A stretch of 60,419 bases of DNA, the filler included, from Dugesia japonica (taxonomy: Eukaryota), in the NCBI GenBank assembly GCA_001938525.1. It is 6 parts of 6 records of this genome, joined end to end, with 100 filler letters (N's around TTAATTAATTAA, not from the genome) between each part and the next. Parts side by side here need not be neighbours in the genome. Positions count along the whole stretch, not along the records: positions 42,231 to 51,999 come from MQRL01315055.1; positions 52,100 to 60,419 come from MQRL01226242.1; 4 more parts are not named here. The stretch is one strand, 5' to 3'. Made by a program: the position numbers and the translations under genes. The notes below the pieces were generated by a model. That model was not told where the DNA came from, did no database searches, and saw only the letters and a list, made by a program, of their open reading frames with translations. Positions within the stretch are counted from its first letter, which is position 1; each line of letters opens with the position of its first letter. Shown here one piece after another: positions 51,695 through 60,419 of the stretch.

Positions 51695-51999
51695 TTTTTT
51701 GTGTAGGGGGGTAAATTTTGAGATTTTACCAATTTATTGAGAAATTTAAAAAATTAATTTTTTTAAAAGGCATATTTTCAGTCTATATTGTGTGAAAAAG
51801 CTAGATTTTGATTGATTTTTAGCAAAATTTTTGAAAACCAAATTAAGGGTGGGTACCCTCAGGCCCCTATTACTTTTTTATACAAATTAAATAAGATGAT
51901 AGCATATCCTATGATTAGAGGAGTAGATGTAAAAAGGCGGAATTGGGACCCCCACCCCCCTACCCCGAAACTTTTCTTAAAAACACTAGTTTTTAAGTT
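51695..51999 (-). mobile_element. Probable Polinton right terminal region, running into the gap
   Basis: gtgtaggggggta..ttgagaaattt is similar to the inverse of 41085-41135. gggacccccacccccctacccc is similar to the inverse of 53162-53177. Confidence 0.4.
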
Positions 52000-53105
52000 N
52001 NNNNNNNNNNNNNNNNNNNNNNNNNNNNNNNNNNNNNNNNNNNTTAATTAATTAANNNNNNNNNNNNNNNNNNNNNNNNNNNNNNNNNNNNNNNNNNNNG
52101 GAGATTTTCTGATGTTGTTTTGACAAGTTATTTATTTCTTATAAAACTCAGTAGAAAAACCTCTATGATTTCTAAGTTTTTAATGTTGGTTTTGATATAT
52201 CAGTTATTTGAGAAATTCCTCAAAGTTTCTATTTGAAAACAACTAACAAGAACAGGTAAATACAAATTGTTTGTTCAAATGTATAAACAAATTAAATAAT
52301 TTTTATTAATTTTCTAAATTTATTTTCTTAAATTGTATTATTGTATTTATTATTTTTATATTATTGTGACGAAATAAAATTAATTTCTGGCTTGATTGGA
52401 TAAATATTTATAAATTCTTTTTATTTGTTACAGTTTGAGAAAGCCTAGAAGATATATAATTGTAATTTCTCTCTGATTTTAAAAAATAAAATTCATGATA
52501 ACACGTTTCCTTTTGATCATCATATATGAATTAATTTATAGATTTTCGATTTTAAAACGAGTTCTTTGTTTAACTATTCTAATCTCTTCTAATTAAACTT
52601 GGAATTTAAATTTCTCCAATTTTAAATACATAAATGAAAATTTATAATGTCAATTCATGGCTTGTGAATAAATCATTCAGAAATCAGGATTATACCACAA
52701 CACGTATGGCTAACTACTATGTGTGTCTCAAACGTAGTGAGACTGGATCAATATAACATTATGCAAACATTTTAATTAAGAAACTTGCTTCCTTCAAATG
52801 AATAATTCTCCTATGATGCTCATGTTTGCTATCGTTAGTCTAATTTTTGAAAACTATCAGTATATTGAGTCTGGTTGACCGATTTTATTAGTCTTATGCA
52901 TATTAACTGTCAGCATTTGATTGGTCGTTTGCTTTGCAGCTTTCTAAAGTTTCGGTGATCATTCTGACTCTCAATCGATGATCTGTTGCAATAGGTTTCT
53001 TCAGTTTTTAAATGACAACATTTGACTTGTATGAAATTGGTTACCCAGATCTCGATTCGACTAATGCATCGGTTTCTTAACCATTTGTAAATACTTTCTA
53101 TTGCT

Positions 53106-53910
53106 ACTAGGTAGATAGTATCGCATTAAAACACTAGCGGTTATCATGCCCCTCTTCCCCCGGGGTAAGGGGGTCCCGGAAACACATTACGATTGTGCTC
53201 TGATTTTTTGGTCAGTTTTTTTTCTAAGATTTTTGGGATCAAAAATGTTTTGATTGGATCAAATTTTTTTTGATCCTGGTGGTGTGTGTGTATTATTTAA
53301 TTTTAAAATTTTGTGTGTTTGGATTGTTAAGGTGGTTTTTAAAAAGTATGTCAAGTTGAGTTTGTGTGTGTGGTTGTGTGTGATTAAAAGAATGGTTTTG
53401 GACTTGAGGAGTAGCTGGAGATCTTGGAAATAATTTTTTTGGAGTTTTTAAGATTTGATGTTTTTGGACAAAAATTTGGTCTATATATTGTCTAAAGGAC
53501 TTATGGGTTGGTTGGATGGATTTTGCTAGAAGCGTGGTAGCACATCAGATCAGTCGTATGAGTTATCGTGGGGATGTTTTTTGGGAGGTTTTAGGTTTGT
53601 ATGTGGTTAATGGAATTTGTTGATGTGTTGTTTGAGAGGTAATGTGATGGAGAATATTTTGGATGTTAATTGTGACTTAATTTCTTATTTGTTGTGCTTG
53701 AATTTGCAGGAGCACAGAACCTCCACCGTTTTTTGCGGCATGAATTTGATTGGCCGCACACATGTTTCTTGCGGTTTGATTTGCCCAAANTTTTCCGGTG
53801 TGATATTATGCAATNTTGGCGGTTATACTGAAATTTGATTGATCAAAATTTTGTGTTAATGACGTCATGATTACATAATGAAGATGTCAAGGTTGCGTCA
53901 TGAGTACGTA
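53106..53910 (+). mobile_element. Orphan Polinton-like terminus
   Basis: TAGGTAGATA...CGCATTAAA and CGGAAACACATTAC are shared with 40626-41170. G/T strand skew, and TGACGTCA near 53860. Confidence 0.4.
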
Positions 53911-54099
53911 ATAATAATTATTATTATTATTATTTCATTTTTTTATTATAATAATAATAAAATTTATTACATATAACAAGTTTGAATCTACATGGAACCC
54001 ATATACGTTTCTTCAATTCTTTAAATACTAATCTTCAAAATTGGAAGTTATTTTGCAATTTCTAATACCAGTTTTGTGGAACTTCCATATTTCTGCTGA

Positions 54100-57052
54100 G
54101 TAAGCAATATTTGATTTGGATACTGTTTGAATATTCTCAAGAGGCCGAGAAATGGGATGAGACGAGTAACGTGGGAGAAAAAGATAACAGACTCCTAAAA
54201 AGAGAAAGTTTCAATGATGTGGAAATAAACAAAGCAGAAGTGATAGGAATAAGTGAAGAGAAACAAAATGCAGAAATTTCGTATGATAAAATGCAAGAGA
54301 GACCTAGCATTTCAATGATGATCAAGGGTAAACAGTTTGATTTTTGTAAGGTACATGATCAAAAATAAATGTCATGAGCTTGAAAGAATTAAATAGACTT
54401 GGAGAAACAATGTTAGAGAAAAGCGAGGAACAATTGCATTGCATGAATAATAGCTCATTGGAAACAATTGGAAAGACACGTGTCAAAGTTGTAATTTTAG
54501 ACGTGTGCAATGAAATAAAATTTATTATAGTAGATAAGTTATTATCAGATCTTATTTGTGGAGTGGAGTTTCAGAGTACCTTTAGGTAATATCTTTAAAA
54601 AATATCGTGCAGGGTAAACATCAATATTTATCGAGAATAACTTGTTTGCAACATATATGCAAAATTTGGAAGGCAGATATAGACGGATGAACAATTGAGA
54701 CATGCAATTGAAATTCTAGAAATTAACAAAAATCATAGGTTGACTGCGATTATTCAGAATAACGAGGATATATTTATGACAGAAAATGGGAAATTGGATG
54801 AACAAAGTATCGAATAATCACTAAAGGAGGTCCAGTCAATATAAAACCGTATAACCAACCAATGAAGATTCAAGAGGCTATCAAAACACGAGGCCATCTA
54901 TATGATAATGGTATCATCCAAAAGTATAATTTGCAATGGAATACGCCATTAATCAGCTGTTTAAAAAAAGAAAAAAAAGGATTTAAGATTATGCTTAGAC
55001 TTTAAAAGCTCAATGCAATATCAGAAAGACAAGCTTTTATTATGTCAAATGTAGACAAAATGCTGGATGCTTTGAAAGATGCGTAGTACTTTAGCTCAAT
55101 AGACTAAGGAAATGCATACTATCAGTATAGATACTCAGCTAAGATTCACAAAATATCAGCATTTTCGACCAAACAAGGGCAATTTTGTTTCAATAGAATG
55201 CTTTTTGTAATTGCAGCAGCACCAGCTACGTTCCAGGAAATGATAAATAAAGTGATTGGAAAAATAAAAGAGGCAGTGCTTTATCTAGATGATTTTCTAA
55301 TAATTAGCAAAACTAAAGAGTAACACTTTGAAATAATCAATAAAGTTTGAACAGAAATTGAGAAGTCTGGTCTAAGAGTTAATCCAGAGAAATGTCAATT
55401 CATGCAGATGGATATCAAATTTTTGGGACACGTTATCAGTAAAGAAGGTATCAAAACAGATCCAACTAAAATAGTAGCAATTAAGAACTTTGGTAAAACC
55501 AAGATGCGTTAAGAAGATGAGAAGCCTTTTCAGAATTAATAATTACTATCGCAATTTCATTAAAGATTTGTCGAAAAAAGCTAGATTGCTGGAACAATTA
55601 AGTAGTCGGCCAAGTAACAAGAAAATTAAATAAGCGAATGAATTAGAAGAAGTTTTTAAGAGAATTAAAGAATCACTAATATAAATAGAAGATTTATTTT
55701 TGAAACGGATGCGAGTTTCGATAAGATTGGGGCAATACTATCTCAGCAAGACAACTTTAGGTAAGAAAGAGTAAGTGTATATGGGTTATGCGCAATGACG
55801 ATTCATGAGAAAGGATATTATTCTACGCGGAAAGAATTCCTCGCCATTTACTACTTTTGTATTCAATTCATACATTACTTGTATGGAAAGAGATTTATCC
55901 TTAGAACAGACCATAAAGCCATCAATTTTATGCTAAATACCACGAAGTCGATTACATCACAGTTTCAATCCTCGATTAATTATTTGAGGAGTTAAGATAT
56001 AAAATTGGAATATATAAAAGGATCGTTTCATACAAATGCGGATATGTTGTCAAGGAATGAATGCGGTAAATTTACACAATGTCCAATAACACATGAAGAT
56101 CTAAAAAGTAGAAAATTCAAAACAATGATGTTAAATATAGTACATATTTAAGAAAAGTAAAACAATTTTGGTGAGAATGATGAAGGAACATAAATGCCTG
56201 ATGATAAAGTAAAAAAAATTATAATGAGTATACACCATCTTTTGTGAAAAACTTGAGCAGAAAACGTAGAAGCGTATTTGAAGCATAAATAAAACGCGAA
56301 ACATTTGTGGACCAAAGTACAAGAGGTTGTCCTAAGCTGTATAACATGCCAGAAAGCTAAAGTATAGACAACAAAAACGAAGGAAGAAATAAAAAAGTCG
56401 CAGCCAGCCGAAATGTTTGAACTGTTATTTATAGATGTGTATGGACCACTACCGGAGACAAGAGGTCAAAAAAATATATAGAAGTGGATATTAAAGTTCA
56501 GGTTCGAGAGAAATTTGAGTTGATTATGGAAGAGCATTTGAGTCAAAATCAATGAAAGATTTCGCCGCTGAACATGGCATTACCCTCAGGTTTTCTAGTC
56601 TATATTATCATAACACAAATTGGTAAATCGAGAGAAAGTTTAAAACTATGTGGGATCTGATTAATGCAAAAATGAAAGAAAGGAAAAACTTCAGATGGGG
56701 CGGATGTATTGCCAGAAATAGAATTTACGTTAAATTTTACAAAACAGAAAACTATCGGGAAGAGCCATGCTAAAATCGTATTTGGGAAGAGAATAAGCAG
56801 AAAAAGATGATATGAAACAAATACGCAAAGAGTGCACAAAGAACGAGAGGAAGAGATATTACCCAAAAGACAATTCAAGGTCGGTGATGAGGTCATAGTA
56901 GAAACTAAAAAAAGAACCAAGATCGTTATGAAGGACCCTATTAGTTCAAGAGGAAAGTTCATGAAAGACGTTACATCCTGGAAGATACAAACGGAAAAAA
57001 TCTCGAAAAAAATTTACAGAAGATTAAAAATCTATTAACAAAGGGGGTGTGA
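54100..57052 (+). mobile_element. pol: Decayed Ty3/Gypsy pol with PPT
   Basis: Closely similar to 33.9-36.4 kb (YDKMQ.RPSIS..IKG). WNTPL, YLDD, FLGH, TDAS, RTDHKA and YEGP motifs. AAAGGGGG precedes TG at about 57049. Confidence 0.9.
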
Positions 57053-58487
57053 ATGTGTTTTGAAAAGCGAGTTAAATTTTTTGTGCTTTCGTTGAAAATT
57101 GTGTTTTTAAAAAGACTTTCTTAAAAAAAATCAAAATGACATATTAATTAAGAAAATAAAATAAATTAAAATTTTTGGAAATGACAAATTTGTTTTGAAA
57201 ATTCAGATGATTTTAAAATGTTTATTTAATTGCAAATGATTTTGTTTTGAAAATTTTATATAAGTTTTTGTGAAAATTTTAAAGTATAAATTATTAACAA
57301 ATGATTAGGTTTTGTTCTGAAGTTTATTAAAAATTCCTTTTACCAAATGATAAATTTTTTGTTTAAATATTTTGTAAAAATTTTTAAAGGATATGTTAGT
57401 ACGAATGATCATTTTATTGTTAAAAATTTTATGAAAATTTTAAAACTGTGTTATTAAAAAATAATTATTTTCTGTAAATTATCAAATTAATTTAAATCAA
57501 GTTTTAAATCTAAATTTTTAAATTTTTGAAAAATAATTTTCGATTAGAGCATGAAGTTTTAATTTGTTTAATTAAGCAAATAATGATATTTATAGATTTA
57601 TTTTGAAATATATTATTTAATGTTGATAATCCGAGTTCTGAAAACTTATCTAACAACGAATAATCCCTTGTCAAAAGTTAGACTATGCTGGAGAAAGCCT
57701 TTACGGTTTGTTAAGTAACCTTGTGAAAGAATTATTCATCACGAGTTTTTGAAAATGTAACAAATAATAGCCGACATTTATTGTGGTCAATAAGAAATAC
57801 GTATATTTGCAAGGCATATATAATTACAGTAGGAAACCCAAGCATGAATTGATGAGATGTATGCTTTTGCAATCCGCCGAAAACACGAAGTGGTATAAAC
57901 GGTAATAACTATCCAATGAGAGAATGTCATTGAACGAATGTCACCAATTTACCGAGATAATCATGAAGAATTAAATGAAGACGAAATTAATATATTAATC
58001 TGAAAGAAATGACGTTCAAAAATGAAACGCAGCTAAACAGGTGAGTGTCCGATTTCTTCCTTTTAAAACTATATAATTGTATTAAAATGATATTAGCAAG
58101 TTGCCAAACTGTTTGGACAAATTGAAATAATTTGACAAATTCTATTTTGTTGCATAAAATATCTTAAATTAAAAATATTGATTTTAAATTTTGAAAAATT
58201 GGCTAAAATTTGTAAAATTAATGAACAAAATTAAATACATTTTTATAGAAGATTTTGTAAACATTAATTTAAGTAATGATTATTATCAAATTATGAATTG
58301 TTATTAGAAATTTGATTATTAGAAGAACAAATTAAATTGCTAAAACACTACAAATTATTCTTCTAAGTACATTGAAATGGAAAATCTTTATCTACTACAC
58401 ATTTGTTGGAGCAGCAGTATACACAGTTTTCAAGATACCTAATCTTTTTACTGCTAAACCTGAGAAAGAAAATCGATAAATATCATT

Positions 58488-58601
58488 AGTAATAGTATAT
58501 TTGCGGTTTTAGATCAAGCACCAAACCCTTCGATTACCTCACCTTACGGTTCGGCAATCTTCGGCCGGGCGCAAATCTAAAACCGCAAATATACTATTAC
58601 T
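58488..58601. repeat. 114-bp palindromic element with perfect 27-bp inverted arms
   Basis: AGTAATAGTATATTTGCGGTTTTAGAT ... ATCTAAAACCGCAAATATACTATTACT, with a GC-rich interior containing a nested hairpin. Confidence 0.9.
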
Positions 58602-58699
58602 TGGGAGATTTATGAATTCGATATTTCGAATAAATTTACTAAAATAAAATGATGAAAATAAGATATTAATGTAGAATATTGAGATAAATATTAAAAAAT

Positions 58700-58890
58700 C
58701 TGAAAATGTCAAAATGTCAGATGTCAGATGTCAAATGTCAAATACCAAAATCCTAAATCCTAAATCCAAATCCAAAATGTTAAAATGTCGTCCCTAGGGA
58801 AGACACATTATTTATAAACCTTAAAGTAGTAAAAATAAATGTAGTAAAAAAAAGTAGTAAAATAAAAATGTCGTCCCTAGGGAAGACAAT
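58700..58890 (+). repeat. Heptamer tandem repeats and a duplicated 23-bp palindromic motif upstream of viral genes
   Basis: (A(A/G)ATGTC)n and (AAATCCT)n. AAAATGTCGTCCCTAGGGAAGAC occurs at about 58782 and 58865. Confidence 0.8.
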
Positions 58891-59011
58891 GTAAAATCGC
58901 AAAATCACAAAACCCCAAAAAATATTTTGGAGGTGAGATGTAAAATCCCCCAATTCCGGAATGCGGTTTTTAAATGATAAAATGTAGTAGTGTAAATTTT
59001 TCCTTTAGAAA

Positions 59012-59611
59012 ATGAGTGCTGGTGATGAAAAAGTTATTAGTGAGTTAACTCTGGTGACATTAGTAAATTCAATAAAATGTTTTGATAATTTAGAGGAAAT
59101 GAATTTAGATGAAATACAAGAATATTTAAAAAATGATCTTACAAGAGAAACAGCAAAAGGGTATTTAGATTATATTTCAGAATTATATGAAAAAGTAGAT
59201 GTATTAAATTTACCTGAAGAAAATAAAAAAATGTTTAAAAAAATAATGACTGTTATTGTTACAAAATATGCAGAAAGTGATAGTAGAGCTTTATTGATNC
59301 AATTATATCAAGAACAAAATACTGCATTAAAAAACGCTCTTACAACATCCCAACAAAATGCACAAAAAGAAAGAGATGAACATAATCAAGCTTTAAAGAA
59401 ATTAAATGAAAATTTAAAACCAGTAAAAATTGATATTGTTGAAATAATAATTCATTCTAAACCAAATAAGAAAAAATATTTAACTGGAAAACTTTTTAAT
59501 ACTTTAACTGAGGGTTTAACTATGGATAAATTAACATTAGATAAATATACAAGGATACCAGCTAAAAAAAGTGTCACCGGAGTTGAAAGAGCTTATGCTA
59601 AAAAAAAATAA
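59012..59611 (+). CDS. Hypothetical viral protein (199 aa, coiled-coil)
   Basis: Intact ORF, AAAATG start, TAA stop, tightly packed with the next ORF. Confidence 0.75.
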   Translation: MSAGDEKVISELTLVTLVNSIKCFDNLEEMNLDEIQEYLKNDLTRETAKGYLDYISELYEKVDVLNLPEENKKMFKKIMTVIVTKYAESDSRALLXQLYQEQNTALKNALTTSQQNAQKERDEHNQALKKLNENLKPVKIDIVEIIIHSKPNKKKYLTGKLFNTLTEGLTMDKLTLDKYTRIPAKKSVTGVERAYAKKK

Positions 59612-59617
59612 TAAGAA

Positions 59618-59923
59618 ATGGAGGAGAATTCAGTATTTTATAAAATGTTAAATGAATATAATTTTAGAAATAATTCAATAAGTGGTTTTTGTAAAATTTA
59701 TAACATTAATGAAAAAACAGTAAAAAATTATTTGAAGAAATGGGAAATCGATTATAATTCAAGATCTTGGGATCCATCTAAAAATTTACAACGAAATTCA
59801 CACGGAAGTTTTATTTCTATAATTGATCGATTTGAAAGAAAAAATAGTATTAAAAAAATTAATGATAGTAGTGTTAAAAATTATGATGAATTATTTATTA
59901 AAATGAAAAAATCGTTAAGGTAA
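59618..59923 (+). CDS. Viral HTH-like DNA-binding protein (101 aa)
   Basis: Intact ORF. SISGFCKIYNINEKTVKNYLKK is HTH-like. Confidence 0.65.
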   Translation: MEENSVFYKMLNEYNFRNNSISGFCKIYNINEKTVKNYLKKWEIDYNSRSWDPSKNLQRNSHGSFISIIDRFERKNSIKKINDSSVKNYDELFIKMKKSLR

Positions 59924-60047
59924 TGGTAATGATATGGTAACGGTAACGGTAACGGTAANNNNNNGGTAACGGTAAGGCTTATAGTAAGGTTACAGTAAGG
60001 TTTATGGTAATGTAAGGTTTATGGTAATGTAAGGTTTATGGTAATGA
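59919..60047. repeat. (GGTAAC)n and 18-bp GTAAGGTTTATGGTAAT tandem repeats
   Basis: Directly visible between the HTH ORF and the capsid gene. Confidence 0.85.
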
Positions 60048-60090
60048 TAAAAAAAAATGTGGCAGTAGTACTAAATTTGTAGCATAGAAA

Positions 60091-60419
60091 ATGAGTATGC
60101 TAGATTTAGATGATAATATTCAATTTTCACATACATCATTAAAAAATGACATCTTAAAAATTGCACTAACATCAAGATCAATAAATAATTTAAATTCTTC
60201 AGGTGATATAGTTTTTCAATCTTTACAATCAACCAACCCACTTGATATTTGTAACGCATTACTATATTTTAGAATTGAAATCACACCTTCAGATGGAAAA
60301 AAAATAACTCTAGAAAATAATTTCTTTCCAAGTTTATTTAAATCAATGAGATTAACTTTAGGTTCAAGTGATATCGAAACAATTCATGAACCAGGAGTAA
60401 TTTCAACAATGTTAAATTT
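60091..60419 (+). CDS. Polinton/adintovirus major capsid protein, N-terminus (runs off the window)
   Basis: Open frame MSMLDLDDNI...NNLNSSGDIVF...ITLENNFFPSLFKSMRLTLGSSDIETIHEPGVISTML resembles the NLN..G.I.. / NN....LF......L....I.....PG..STM pattern of these capsids. Not in the ORF track because it has no stop. Confidence 0.75.
   Translation, partial: MSMLDLDDNIQFSHTSLKNDILKIALTSRSINNLNSSGDIVFQSLQSTNPLDICNALLYFRIEITPSDGKKITLENNFFPSLFKSMRLTLGSSDIETIHEPGVISTMLN

Noticed and set aside
13113-52099. TTAATTAATTAA palindrome recurring about every 10 kb
   Set aside because: Always centred in 44+44 Ns, so it is an assembly spacer and not biology.
4320-56810. Host-wide UGA=Trp code, suggested by TGA at Gypsy Trp sites (~4627, ~56807)
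   Set aside because: Equivalent sites also show TAG and TAA (~4323, 5318, 55631), consistent with ordinary G>A decay.
58488-58601. Miniature Polinton (AG...CT ends)
   Set aside because: No 6-bp TSD (ATCATT versus TGGGAG), and no similarity to the termini at 40626 and 53106.

Overview
This is very AT-rich eukaryotic genomic DNA, probably from an invertebrate; the host cannot be named from the sequence. Six assembly segments are joined by an artificial 100-bp spacer (44 N + TTAATTAATTAA + 44 N) at 13113, 22767, 33108, 42131 and 52000, so adjacency across these points is unproven. Only one plausible host gene is visible: exon 1 of an MFSD2/MelB-like transporter. The rest is mostly mobile DNA: at least seven decayed Ty3/Gypsy copies (one with both LTRs, PBS, PPT and a 5-bp TSD), plus Penelope, REL-type non-LTR, Merlin, mariner/Tc1 and hAT remnants. 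Three pieces of Polinton/Maverick (adintovirus-like) endogenous dsDNA virus are present. The first is a capsid pseudogene next to a TBP-like pseudogene (23-24.6 kb). The second is a pPolB-containing element with probable terminal regions (40.6-52 kb). The third is the start of another element with an open capsid ORF (58.6-60.4 kb). Four signals stand out. (i) Four genes of the pPolB module each carry a single in-frame TGA, one at a conserved Trp, while the real stops are TAA. (ii) A structured block between convergent viral genes has three evenly spaced CTGCAG-centred palindromes with covarying arms and a long stem-loop. (iii) A dispersed repeat family carries a minimal hammerhead ribozyme. 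(iv) A possible spliced viral transcription unit has a shared leader exon and an intronic hairpin. All protein assignments come from motif recognition by eye, not database searches.
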